34,113 bases of DNA from Candidatus Methylomirabilia bacterium. Its GTDB lineage: Bacteria > Methylomirabilota > Methylomirabilia > Rokubacteriales > CSP1-6. The position numbers and the translations under genes are program-made. The stretch is taken from assembly GCA_046758965.1 (NCBI GenBank), contig JBHIBG010000023.1:1-34113 (forward strand). The letters are read 5' to 3'. This document shows positions 1 to 8,707 of the stretch, piece after piece (the first letter of the stretch is position 1; each line of letters starts with the position of its first letter). The notes below the pieces were generated by a model. It worked only from the letters and a program-made list of their open reading frames with translations. It was not told the origin of the DNA and searched no databases.

Positions 1-54
1 GCGGCCTAAAAATCACGAACAAAATTTGCGATTACCGCGCGTTCAATATTCTTA

Positions 55-564
55 GTGTTGGGGCCTCTCCCGGCGAGCTCCGAACAACGGCCGGCGGCAG
101 CGCGGATCCAGCGCTCTTCACCAGTGACGATTCGGATTGCGATCGAGGCAAAGACCATCATGACCGAGCATGGCAAGGCTCGCCGGAATCGCCAGAGAGA
201 TCTGGATTCCTTTCACCAGTTCGCGCACAGGTATGACCCGGATACCATCGCGGGCGGGCTGACGGTCGTCAACATCGCCAAGCGCTTCAAATCCCCCCTT
301 CGTCCAGACGTAAGCATTCATCCGAACGTCGAACAAATTGTGCGGGAAACGACGGGACTGTTACGTTCATTGCCCACCCGCTCCGCTCCCGATCAAATGA
401 CGGGTCTTGAAGCCAATGGGGTCATCCTCGTAGACCACGACAACGTTAACCTCAAGAAAACCCGGCTGGTGACTGCTTCTCCGGCTCCCCGGGTTGGAGA
501 TCCGCTCCACTACGACGCCTTTCTCCGCCGTATCTGCGATCGATATGCGCAGCGATGGCCCTAG
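55..564 (+). CDS. Putative PD-(D/E)XK nuclease / restriction endonuclease-like protein, C-terminal part (true start probably left of 55 or frameshifted)
   Basis: IRIAIEAK gives an E-x-K motif after a hydrophobic strand, followed by a helix TEHGKARRNRQRDL. More AT-rich than the neighbouring genes. No convincing RBS at 55 and an in-frame TAA at 7-9. Confidence 0.4.
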   Translation: MLGPLPASSEQRPAAARIQRSSPVTIRIAIEAKTIMTEHGKARRNRQRDLDSFHQFAHRYDPDTIAGGLTVVNIAKRFKSPLRPDVSIHPNVEQIVRETTGLLRSLPTRSAPDQMTGLEANGVILVDHDNVNLKKTRLVTASPAPRVGDPLHYDAFLRRICDRYAQRWP

Positions 565-610
565 AGGCCGCAGTTGAGGGCGCGCCCGGGAGGTGTCAGC
601 GCCCGGTTGG

Positions 611-1087
611 CTAGCCGCCATAGTTCAGATCCAGCTCCTTCAGGGTGAGAGGAGCGGCATGGCGCTTGACTCCGGCATTCATGACCTGGCTGACCACAAC
701 AGCATGGTCTCCGGTTTCGTCGATGCTGAGAACCTGCCCCTCCACCCACGCCGGCGCCTGCGAGATGATAGGGGCGCCAGTCTCGGCGATCTCATACGCG
801 TATCCCCCGATCTTGCCGTCCTCCACTCGGGCCGGCTTGAAGAAGGCGAAGGCCAGCTCCCGCTGACCGCTTTTGAGAAAGCTCACGGCGAACTTCCTGC
901 TCGCCTTCAGCAGCGCGAAGGTGCGCCCGTCCTTCTTGACGCCCAGGACGACGAGCGGCGGCGTGAACGAGGCCTGGGTCAGCCAGTTGATACTTGCCGC
1001 CGCAAGCTCACCGCGGTGCTCCACGCCCAGGACATAGAGCCCATAGGTGATCATCCGGAGAGCTGTCTTTTTGGCATGTTCGTCCAT
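611..1087 (-). CDS. Flavin reductase family protein (DIM6/NTAB, Flavin_Reduct)
   Basis: Motifs ALRMITYGLYVL, WLTQASFTPPLV and GDHAVVVSQV; GGAGG RBS upstream of the ATG; 158 aa. Confidence 0.9.
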   Translation of the reverse strand: MDEHAKKTALRMITYGLYVLGVEHRGELAAASINWLTQASFTPPLVVLGVKKDGRTFALLKASRKFAVSFLKSGQRELAFAFFKPARVEDGKIGGYAYEIAETGAPIISQAPAWVEGQVLSIDETGDHAVVVSQVMNAGVKRHAAPLTLKELDLNYGG

Positions 1088-1152
1088 CGATGCCTCCCCC
1101 CGCTCGGACTGCCTGGTACTGCCTCTGCCCGCCCGGTCGTGGGCTTTGGGAA

Positions 1153-1413
1153 TCAGGCCTCGGCGACCACGATGTCATCGACTTCAATCCACACCAGCGT
1201 TGGATAGCGGCGGGGATGCCCTGTTTTCGTCCTTGGGAAGACCTTGCGGCGGGTCGGGATGACAAGCCCCGAGAACTCCTTGTGCTCCCAGCAGTAGTGG
1301 GCGGCCTTCGCCCAGTGCCCGAAGACTTCGGCCGTGTAGTCGAGGCGCCGGAGGAGCCCCGCTGCCCCATGCGCTTCGATTGCTCTGTCGAGGAGATCGA
1401 GGCCTGCCGTCAT
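1153..1413 (-). CDS. 86-aa hypothetical protein, apparently an internally deleted member of a larger conserved hypothetical family
   Basis: ATG at 1413 with a GGAG RBS. MTAGLDLLDRAIEAHG is joined directly to AAGLLRRLDYTAEVFGHWAKAAHYC...GLVIPTRRKV. Co-oriented with the flavin reductase. Confidence 0.55.
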   Translation of the reverse strand: MTAGLDLLDRAIEAHGAAGLLRRLDYTAEVFGHWAKAAHYCWEHKEFSGLVIPTRRKVFPRTKTGHPRRYPTLVWIEVDDIVVAEA

Positions 1414-1497
1414 CGCCGTCTCCGATCCTCCAGGGTGGGTCATTGCCATGGTTGAGTCAAGCGCGAATGCCGACGGCCTGATACGATAGGGGCCGCC

Positions 1498-3054
1498 ATG
1501 GGAGGGATCAAGCTTCTCGTCAACGCCACGATCCTGACGATGGATCGTTCGTTCCCGGTGGCCGAGGCGCTGGCCATCCGGGACGGCCGGATCGTCGCTG
1601 TGGGGAGCACCGACGAGGTGCTCTCGCTCCGCGAGAGGGAGTACGAGCTCGTGGACCTGGATGGGAAGACGGTCCTCCCCGGTTTCGTGGACGCCCACAA
1701 CCACTTCGCGATCGCCGCGCTCGAGGGGTTCTGGGCGGATTGCCGGACCCCGCCGCTCAGGACCATTCCGGAGATCCAGGCCGCGCTTAGGGCTGCGGCC
1801 GGAAGCACTCCGCCGGGGGAATGGATCCGCGGCTGGGGGTACCATCACGCCAACCTCGCCGAGCGGCGCCACCCGACGCGCGCCGAGCTGGACGAGGCGG
1901 TTCCGGATCGCCCGGCTCTCCTGATGCACTTCTCGCACCACCAGTGCGTGGCGAACTCGAAGGCTCTGGCCGCGGCGGGAATTGCCAGGGGGACTCCCGA
2001 CCCTCGCGGCGGCGAGATTGCCCGCGATAAGGCCGGAGGGCCGACGGGGCTCCTTTTCGAGCGGGCGATGGGGCCGGTGGAGGCGGCCTCGCGCGAGGGG
2101 TCGGAAGCCCGCTTCTCCGAGGTGGTCGCCGCAGCGAGCCGCCGCTATGCCGCCTGCGGGATCACGACGGTCCAGGACGCCGCGGTGGGACCGGTGACGG
2201 AGCGCGGCTACCTCGACGCGCAGCGGGCTGGACAGCTGGCAATCCGGGTCCAACGGATGGCAGTAGGTGCATCCGGGTGGTTTGATCCTCCTGAGAACCG
2301 GGTTCGGGAACAGGCCGCTGGGAGAGTTCTCAAGCTCTTCGTGGACGGCGGGTATCGCTGTGCCATGCGCCTGCCCCGCGAGGGAGGGGAGAGGACGAGC
2401 GGCTTCCTCTTCTACCGACAGGAGGAGCTAGCCGACCTCCTGGTGGCCGCGTGGCGGGCGGGCTGGCGAGTCACCTGCCATGCCCTGGGGAACTGGGGAG
2501 TCGAGGTCGCTGTGGAGGGCATTGAGGCTGCTCTCAGGCGTGAGCCGGAAGGGCAGGGGCGGATCAGGATCGATCACGCCATGTTCCTCACCCCCGGGCT
2601 GATCCTTCGGATCCGAGCCCTTGGGGTCTTCGTGGTGACCCAGCCCACATTCATCTACGACCTGGGGATCCGGAGCGATAGGCTCCCGCCTGGTCTTCTC
2701 ACCCTGCCCTTCGGAAGCCTGCTCCGCGAAGGAATCCCTCTGGCCTTCTCCTCCGATTACCCCTGCGGCACCCTGGCTCCTCTCACCGGGATCTATGCAG
2801 CGGCGAGCCGCCGCTCCCGGGACGGCGAGGCTGTCGGCCCGGAGGAGAAGATCTCTGTCCAGGCCGGGCTCGAGGCCTACACGCTCGGAGCCGCCAGGGC
2901 CGGGGGGCTCGAGGGCGAGTGCGGGAGCCTGGAGGCAGGGAAGCTCGCTGACCTGGTCATCCTGGACGCCAACCCCCTCGAGCTTCCCGTTGAGCAATTG
3001 CCCGGGCTCCGCGTGCTCAAAACCCTTGTGGCAGGGCGCCAGCTATGGCCATGA
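1498..3054 (+). CDS. Amidohydrolase, YtcJ-like (Amidohydro_3)
   Basis: DLDGKTVLPGFVDAHNH metal motif, KLFVDG, CHALG, RIDHA, FSSDYP, GSLEAGKLADLVILD. Confidence 0.92.
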   Translation: MGGIKLLVNATILTMDRSFPVAEALAIRDGRIVAVGSTDEVLSLREREYELVDLDGKTVLPGFVDAHNHFAIAALEGFWADCRTPPLRTIPEIQAALRAAAGSTPPGEWIRGWGYHHANLAERRHPTRAELDEAVPDRPALLMHFSHHQCVANSKALAAAGIARGTPDPRGGEIARDKAGGPTGLLFERAMGPVEAASREGSEARFSEVVAAASRRYAACGITTVQDAAVGPVTERGYLDAQRAGQLAIRVQRMAVGASGWFDPPENRVREQAAGRVLKLFVDGGYRCAMRLPREGGERTSGFLFYRQEELADLLVAAWRAGWRVTCHALGNWGVEVAVEGIEAALRREPEGQGRIRIDHAMFLTPGLILRIRALGVFVVTQPTFIYDLGIRSDRLPPGLLTLPFGSLLREGIPLAFSSDYPCGTLAPLTGIYAAASRRSRDGEAVGPEEKISVQAGLEAYTLGAARAGGLEGECGSLEAGKLADLVILDANPLELPVEQLPGLRVLKTLVAGRQLWP

Positions 3055-3061
3055 TAGCGGG
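3013..3061 (+). repeat. Direct repeat copy 1 (49 bp; amidohydrolase 3' end), att-like left boundary
   Basis: gtgctcaaaacccttgtggcagggcgccagctatggccatgatagcggg matches 8641-8689 at 46/49 nt. Confidence 0.9.
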
Positions 3062-3067
3062 CTCTGT

Positions 3068-5809
3068 TCACTGTTTTTGAGTGGTCAGCCACCAGCGGGG
3101 TTGGGGTGACTCAGTCGACGAGCATGCTCCAAAGGCGAGGTTGCAAAGGGACGGCTTCTCGCGCGTGAATGGCCCTGTCACTTGGCAGCCGCCACGCTGA
3201 GCCTGCGAGGCAGCGAGCCACTCGGCGAGGAGGGTTGCGAACGTCGCCTGATCCACGGGTTTCGTCAAAACCGGTCGGCCCGCCTGGACGAGAAACCGTT
3301 GGGTCTCGGGATCAGCCGTATCGCCCGTGACAAACACCACCCGCTCGACCAGGGGGATGCCGTGAGCGACGAGCCGCTCCCAGAGGGTCTGCCCCGAGAG
3401 ATCCGGCATCTTGAGGTCGAGCGTCACCACGTCGTAGGGGGCGTCCGGTTCCTTCAGCCGCTCCCAGCCGGCTTCCCCGCCCCCCGCCACGGTCACCTCT
3501 TGTCCCAACAACTCCAAGAGCTCGCGGAACGCCTCAGCCACGTCGTCCTCGTCCTCCACCACGAGCACATGGCCGCGCCGGAGGGGCGGAAGCGCGGCCG
3601 GCGGTGGCTCACCGGCTCCTTCGGCCCGACTGGCCGGCAACTCCACGATCACGGTCGCCCCCTCGCCCAGCCGACTCTCCGCCCAGATCCGCCCCTCGTG
3701 GGCTTGGATGATGCCATAGCAGATCGAGAGCCCTAAGCCCGTCCCCTGGCCCACCGGCTTGGTGGTGAAGAAGGGCTCGAAGATCCGCGGCAACATATCC
3801 GGGGGGATCCCCGGGCCGCTGTCGGCCACCGCCAGCCGCACGCGATCGCCCTGGGCCGTCAGCCGGATCGCGATTCTCCGCGGCTCTCCGGTCCCCGCCA
3901 CCGCTTGCTCGGCATTGAGCAGGAGGTTCAGCACGACCTGCTCGAGCTGCCCGAAATCTCCCCGCACTGGCGGGAGCCCCGAGGCGATCTCCTGCTCCAC
4001 CCGGATCCCGCTCACCCGGAGGCTCTGCTCGCGCAGCCTGAGCGTACGCTCAAGAACCTCCGGCAGGTGAACGTTCGCGAGCTGTCGGGGCTGCGGCCGG
4101 ACGAAGCTCTGGAGCTCCCGGATGATCCGGGCTGCCCGCTTCGCGGAGGCGAGAATCTTCCGGGCCCGCTCGCCCACCCGAGGATCGGGGCTCACCTGTG
4201 CCAGCCGCTCGGCGTGGCCGACGATCACCGCCAGGGGGTTGTTGATCTCGTGGGCCACGCCCCCCACCAGCTGCCCGACGGCCGCCAGTTTGCTCGCCTG
4301 GCGAAGCTGCTCCTCGTTCTCCCGCAGCGCCTCCTCGGCCCGCTTGCGCTCCGTAATATCCTTGATGACTCCCACCCTCCCGATGACGGCACCGCTCGGG
4401 TCGTGGAGAAGAGAGAGGGAGGCACTGACCTCCACCAACCGGTCGTCCTTGGCCCGGAACGCCGTCTCGTAGTTTCGGATTTGCCCCTCCGCCCTGACCC
4501 GCTGGGCCAGCGCCTGCGGCTCCTCCGGGCCCGACCAGTACAAGTCCCAGACGGGGCGGCCGAGGATCTCCGCGGAGCGATAGCCCAGGATGACCTCGGC
4601 CCCGGGACTGAAGTAGGTAATCCGGTCTTCGAGATCCGCCGTGACGATGGCGTCCGCCGAATTCTCCGTGATGGACTGGAGGAAGTCCCGGGCACCCCTG
4701 GCCTCGTCGTACAGGCGGGCGTTGACGACTGCCACTGCCGCCTGGTTGGCGATTGCCTCGACGAAAGAAGTCTCGACCGGAGTAAAGTGGCGCTCCTGCT
4801 CCCACCAGACGGCGCAGAGCCCGCCGACTGGAGCGTCCTGTACGACTACGGGGACAAAGAGCATAGACCGGTGGGGAAATCGCCGGAGGGTCTCTCGGTC
4901 GACGCGAAGATCAGCGGCGGCGTTGCTGGAGAAGACGGGCTTCTTTGATTCCCAGGCCTCGTTCAAGAACGGGTGGTCCTTGAGCGGGATCGGGAAGGCT
5001 CGGAAGCTATCAACGAGCGCGGCGGGAACGTGATAGCCGGCCATCGGGCGGAGGGCCAATCCCTCAGGATCGGCCATGTACGCTCCCACCATGTCGGCGT
5101 TGAGGAGCCGCGCGACCTCTCGTGCCACCCGGCGTAGGATCTCCGTGAGCTCCAGCGTCGAGCCCACGGCTTGGCCCACGGCCAGAAGGCTTTGGGTCTC
5201 CCGAAGGTGCCGCTGAGTCTCCCCGTAGAGGCGGGCGTTCTCGACGGCCAGCGCGGCCTGACTGGCGATGGCTATCGCGAGGTCGATCTTCTCGTGAGGC
5301 CACGCATGCGGTCCGTTCGTCCGGTCCAGGTTCAGGGTCCCGATGACCTCCTCCTGGTGGACCAGGGGAACCACTAAGGCCGAGCGGACTCCAAACGCCT
5401 CGAGCCAGTACGCGGGAACGAGGGAACTGCCGAGCGTATCCTTGACCGCCACCGGCTGCTTGGTGCGGATCGCCTCGGCGTGCGCCGGAACCTCTTCCAA
5501 CCGGTAGGGCCCCATGGCGTTGAACTTCTCCCACAGCTCGCGGTCCGTGTGTCCGTCGGCGAATTGGGACATGACCGGCACGATATGTCCGTCCCGCCAG
5601 AGGTTGATCGAGCAGCGCTCGGCACCCACGGCTTGAGCCGTTCGCTGCGCGATGATCTTCAGGACCTGCTTCAGCTCCATGGTCGAGGCGAGGGCTCGGG
5701 CGATGTCCAAGAGAACCTCCACGCCCCCGCGGCACGCCTCCCGCTCCGCGAACAGCTGGGCGTTCTGCAACGCCTGGCCCGCCTGCCCCCTCGACCTTTC
5801 TTCGAGCAT
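3068..5809 (-). CDS. Hybrid sensor histidine kinase GAF-GAF-PAS-HisKA-HATPase_c-REC
   Basis: Two GAF domains ending in (A)VENARLY/VVNARLY; PAS ending KDITERK; H-box AHEINNPL; N-box [33 protein letters not shown] with VVEDE, DLKMP and TKP. Confidence 0.92.
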   Translation of the reverse strand: MLEERSRGQAGQALQNAQLFAEREACRGGVEVLLDIARALASTMELKQVLKIIAQRTAQAVGAERCSINLWRDGHIVPVMSQFADGHTDRELWEKFNAMGPYRLEEVPAHAEAIRTKQPVAVKDTLGSSLVPAYWLEAFGVRSALVVPLVHQEEVIGTLNLDRTNGPHAWPHEKIDLAIAIASQAALAVENARLYGETQRHLRETQSLLAVGQAVGSTLELTEILRRVAREVARLLNADMVGAYMADPEGLALRPMAGYHVPAALVDSFRAFPIPLKDHPFLNEAWESKKPVFSSNAAADLRVDRETLRRFPHRSMLFVPVVVQDAPVGGLCAVWWEQERHFTPVETSFVEAIANQAAVAVVNARLYDEARGARDFLQSITENSADAIVTADLEDRITYFSPGAEVILGYRSAEILGRPVWDLYWSGPEEPQALAQRVRAEGQIRNYETAFRAKDDRLVEVSASLSLLHDPSGAVIGRVGVIKDITERKRAEEALRENEEQLRQASKLAAVGQLVGGVAHEINNPLAVIVGHAERLAQVSPDPRVGERARKILASAKRAARIIRELQSFVRPQPRQLANVHLPEVLERTLRLREQSLRVSGIRVEQEIASGLPPVRGDFGQLEQVVLNLLLNAEQAVAGTGEPRRIAIRLTAQGDRVRLAVADSGPGIPPDMLPRIFEPFFTTKPVGQGTGLGLSICYGIIQAHEGRIWAESRLGEGATVIVELPASRAEGAGEPPPAALPPLRRGHVLVVEDEDDVAEAFRELLELLGQEVTVAGGGEAGWERLKEPDAPYDVVTLDLKMPDLSGQTLWERLVAHGIPLVERVVFVTGDTADPETQRFLVQAGRPVLTKPVDQATFATLLAEWLAASQAQRGGCQVTGPFTREKPSLCNLAFGACSSTESPQPRWWLTTQKQ

Positions 5810-5990
5810 CTCTTGCGTCCGCTCAAGCTTGGTGATGTCTTTCTAAGCTCACGACTGCTCCCTCGAGGTCACCTTCTTCGTCTCGAATCGGGTTACCGGT
5901 GCACTCGATTGGGGAGTTCGCACTCTCCTTTCGCCGAAACGCCTCGGTATCCAGATGGTGGACAGTCCTTTCCTTGAACGCCGCCCGTTT
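5810..5990 (-). pseudogene. Frameshifted PAS/PAC remnant, former N-terminus of the hybrid kinase
   Basis: ORF 5823..6323 reads AAFKERTVHHLDTEAFRRKESANSPIECTGNPIRDEEGDLEGAVVSL. The kinase frame continues [12 protein letters not shown] after a TAG at 5843-5845, giving a PAC motif split by a frameshift. Confidence 0.7.
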
Positions 5991-6018
5991 GGTGGCTAGT
6001 GCGAATACCGCGATGCGA

Positions 6019-6035
6019 AGCAAGTGTTGTTCCAG
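6019..6035 (-). promoter_or_regulatory. sigma54 (-24/-12) promoter
   Basis: Minus strand reads CTGGAACAACACTTGCT, i.e. TGGaAC-N5-TTGC with exact consensus spacing, pointing into the kinase. Confidence 0.75.
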
Positions 6036-6120
6036 GACCCCCTGGGCGGGGAGGATGGCGGAAAAGCCTCGGTGTGGAAAGGGGTTGGCGGGGTGAGGCC
6101 GGGAACGGTCAGAATGGCAG

Positions 6121-6142
6121 GTTCTGGCGGGAACGCCAGAAC
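6121..6142. promoter_or_regulatory. Palindromic putative bEBP enhancer (UAS)
   Basis: Perfect inverted repeat GTTCTGGCG-GGAA-CGCCAGAAC about 120 bp upstream of the predicted sigma54 start; conserved in copy 2. Confidence 0.6.
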
Positions 6143-6357
6143 TCTGCCAAGAACTCCATAGCGCGGCCGCCATAGCGGGCACACCGGGGTGGAACGGAAC
6201 GGCTATCTGACGAACCTCGTTGCGTCCCGCTCCCTTGTCCCCGATCCGATACACCTTGACGCCCTGTTCAGGCGGGCATAGCTTTCCGGTATGCTCACCC
6301 TCGCCAAGGGCTCGTGGCAGCACCCGTGGTCCGGGACGGAGAACCGGTGCTCCTTCC

Positions 6358-6711
6358 TTAGGGCGGGGGTTCGACGGCGAAGAGCAGCTGCCGCATGAGT
6401 GAGGCGGGACGACCGTGCGGCAATTTAGCTATCGTTGCCTCGACCTCTCTCGCGCCTGTACGCACCCGATAAAGTGAGAGCGCTGCGTCATTGAGGTGAA
6501 GGACACGACGGTCACCCTCCCAATAGGCATCAATTTCCACCGGTGTCTGTTGCAGATGGGCCGGTCCCCGGCACCCAAAGTCCCGTCGCATCTGCATGGC
6601 CTCCAGGCACGCCCTCCGGCTAAGGAGAACCGCCCCGTCTACGATATCCAGGAGCCGCAATTCTTCGCTGTCGTTAACCGCGTCCACAGTCAGAGTGATT
6701 CGGTGCCACAT
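6358..6711 (-). CDS. Hypothetical protein (117 aa)
   Basis: ATG at 6711 preceded by GGAGG; protein-like composition (MWHRITLTVDAVNDSEELRLLDIVDGAVLL...); no family recognised. Confidence 0.55.
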   Translation of the reverse strand: MWHRITLTVDAVNDSEELRLLDIVDGAVLLSRRACLEAMQMRRDFGCRGPAHLQQTPVEIDAYWEGDRRVLHLNDAALSLYRVRTGAREVEATIAKLPHGRPASLMRQLLFAVEPPP

Positions 6712-6785
6712 GGGTGACCCTCCGCGCCTATGCCGCCGGCTGCAGGACCTGCTCAATGGCCCGCCGCACGTCCTCCTGGTTGATC

Positions 6786-8252
6786 CTAGACAGCTTGACC
6801 CGACGAGCTGCTCGAGGGAGCCGTACAAAGCTGACTCCTGAGCTCTTCGATCGTGGCCAGCAGTTCCTGCCGCTCGAGGGCCCGCCGCACGGTGATGACG
6901 ATGTCATCACTGTCGCACGGCTTGGTGAGGTAGTCGTGGGCCCCGAGCCGCATGGCCTGAACGGCCGTGGCGATGTCTCCGTACGCCGTAAGCATGATCA
7001 CCGGCAGTTGGGGAGCGATCGCCTTGAGCTTCTCGAGAGCCGCCAGCCCGTCGAGCCCCGGCATCCTGAGGTCGAGGATGGCCACCGCCGGGTCGTCCAC
7101 TGTGACCAGGTCCAGGGCGGCTCGGCCATCCTCTGCTGTGACCACCTCGAACCCTTCGGCCTGGAGTACCTCGGCCAAGAACGAGCACATGTCAGGCTCG
7201 TCATCCGCCACCAGGATCTTCGCCATTTTCCGTGAACCGTTCTTCCCCGGTACGCCCTCACCGGATCGCCGGCTCGAGAATATGGCCTGGGTTATCGGTG
7301 ATGTCCCCCGCCACTTGGACGACAGTGTGCCCCTGGACGGCAAGTATTCTCGCCAGGTTGAGTACTCCGTCGGGACCCGGACTAGCCCGAGATCATCGTC
7401 CAGCGAGCGGGCCATCTCCCCCTCATCGTCCACGACCGGATGTGTCTTTCCCTGGGGGGACGGCGGCGCCTCGGCCGCGCCACCTCCCGGCTCGGCCACG
7501 GGCGGCTCGACCACCGGCAACTCGACCACGAAGAGGGTACCCCGCCCGGGCTGGCTCTCCACCCGGATGGATCCTCCGTGACTTTCGACGAGCCCCTGGC
7601 AGAGGGAGAGCCCGAGCCCGGTCCCCTGGCCCGGGGGCTTGGTCGTGAAGAACGGTTCGAAGATCCGAGGCCGGATCTCGGGCGGGATCTCGGGGCCCGT
7701 GTCGGCCACCTCGAGCGAGACCCACCCCTGCGCGGGGTCGAACCGGGTGGTGAGCGTGAGCTGGCGCGGCGCGGCGCTCTCGCGCATGGCCTGATGAGCG
7801 TTCGAGATGAGATTGACCGCCACCTGGTGGAGTTGGTGGGCATCGCCCCAGAGGAGCGGTAGGTCCCTGGCCAGGTTCAGCCTCACCTCCACATCGTCCA
7901 CCCGAAGCTGGTTGACCAGAAGCTCCACAGCCTCCTCCACGACCTGGTTGAGCTGCACCCGCCGAGGCTCTGCCGGCTCCTGGCGCGCCAGGGCCAGGAA
8001 GTCTCTCACGATCCGGGCGCAGCGCTGCGCGGCTTGGTCGATCCTCTCCAGCGGCTGCGCGAGCGGCTCGGCCACGGCCATTTCGCGGAAGAGAGCGATG
8101 TGGCCGAGGATCGACGTCAAGGGGGTGTTCAGTTCGTGCGCCACCCCTGCCAGCACGGAGCCCATGGCCGCGAGCTTCGCGCTCTCAGCACGGGCCTCCC
8201 GCTCCCGTTGAGGCTCTTCTTCTACCCGCCTGCGCTCGGTACCGTTTTTCAT
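6786..8252 (-). CDS. Degenerate histidine kinase (HisKA-HATPase_c) in one frame with an NtrC-type receiver domain (internal start possible at 7226); start uncertain
   Basis: [38 protein letters not shown]; a decayed REC start (VVDDEGEM); then [10 protein letters not shown]...DLRMPGLDG...[25 protein letters not shown] deleted PAS remnant lies upstream, to about 8430. Confidence 0.7.
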   Translation of the reverse strand: MKNGTERRRVEEEPQREREARAESAKLAAMGSVLAGVAHELNTPLTSILGHIALFREMAVAEPLAQPLERIDQAAQRCARIVRDFLALARQEPAEPRRVQLNQVVEEAVELLVNQLRVDDVEVRLNLARDLPLLWGDAHQLHQVAVNLISNAHQAMRESAAPRQLTLTTRFDPAQGWVSLEVADTGPEIPPEIRPRIFEPFFTTKPPGQGTGLGLSLCQGLVESHGGSIRVESQPGRGTLFVVELPVVEPPVAEPGGGAAEAPPSPQGKTHPVVDDEGEMARSLDDDLGLVRVPTEYSTWREYLPSRGTLSSKWRGTSPITQAIFSSRRSGEGVPGKNGSRKMAKILVADDEPDMCSFLAEVLQAEGFEVVTAEDGRAALDLVTVDDPAVAILDLRMPGLDGLAALEKLKAIAPQLPVIMLTAYGDIATAVQAMRLGAHDYLTKPCDSDDIVITVRRALERQELLATIEELRSQLCTAPSSSSSGQAV

Positions 8253-8444
8253 GACCTCACTGTCCCAAACGACGGCATTCCTCGTGTCACGAAGGAGGGA
8301 GATCGAGCTGTCGACCTCCACCCACCGACCGTGATCCCCCCCTTGGACCCCGAGCCGCTCTGGCACCGCCCTCGCTTCCTCAAGGCCGGTCCGGTAGTAG
8401 TCCGGGACGCGCTGGCCCGGGGAGATCCCAGCCGACTCAAAGCG

Positions 8445-8461
8445 AGCAAGTGTTGTTCCAG
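8445..8461 (-). promoter_or_regulatory. sigma54 (-24/-12) promoter
   Basis: Identical CTGGAACAACACTTGCT on the minus strand, upstream of the second kinase. Confidence 0.75.
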
Positions 8462-8619
8462 CATCCCCCCGGGGGGTCAGGAGGACGGAAAAGCCTCGCT
8501 GTGGAAAGGGCTTGGCGGGGTGAGGCCGGAAACGGTCAGGGTTGGGGGTTCTGGCGCGAACGCCACAATTCTGGCAAGAGCTCCATGGCGGGGCCGCCAG
8601 AGCGGGCGCCACCGGGGTG
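8445..8619 (-). repeat. Duplicated regulatory module, copy 2 (sigma54 promoter plus upstream palindrome)
   Basis: Colinear with 6019-6191; contains TTCTGGCG-CGAA-CGCCACAA at 8549-8568. Confidence 0.88.
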
Positions 8620-8640
8620 AGCGGTTCCCCCTGGGAGGCA

Positions 8641-8689
8641 GTTCTCAAAACCCTTGTGGCGGGGCGCCAGGTATGGCCATGATAGCGGG
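8641..8689 (+). repeat. Direct repeat copy 2 (49 bp; detached amidohydrolase 3' end), att-like right boundary
   Basis: Encodes VLKTLVAGRQVWP followed by TGA TAG, like the amidohydrolase C-terminus VLKTLVAGRQLWP; 46/49 nt identical to copy 1. Confidence 0.9.
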
Positions 8690-8707
8690 GTCCGGGAGCC
8701 CAGAGCC

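Larger units (their letters stand above)
6019..6191 (-). repeat. Duplicated regulatory module, copy 1 (sigma54 promoter plus upstream palindrome)
   Basis: Colinear, highly similar to 8445-8619, with shared blocks such as gcaagtgttgttccag, ggaaaagcctcg, tgtggaaaggg, ttggcggggtgaggccgg and caccggggtg. Confidence 0.88.

Noticed and set aside
1414..2253. 366-aa minus-strand ORF 1153..2253 as a full gene
   Set aside because: Most of it is antisense to the amidohydrolase; only the last 86 codons have an RBS and protein-like sequence.
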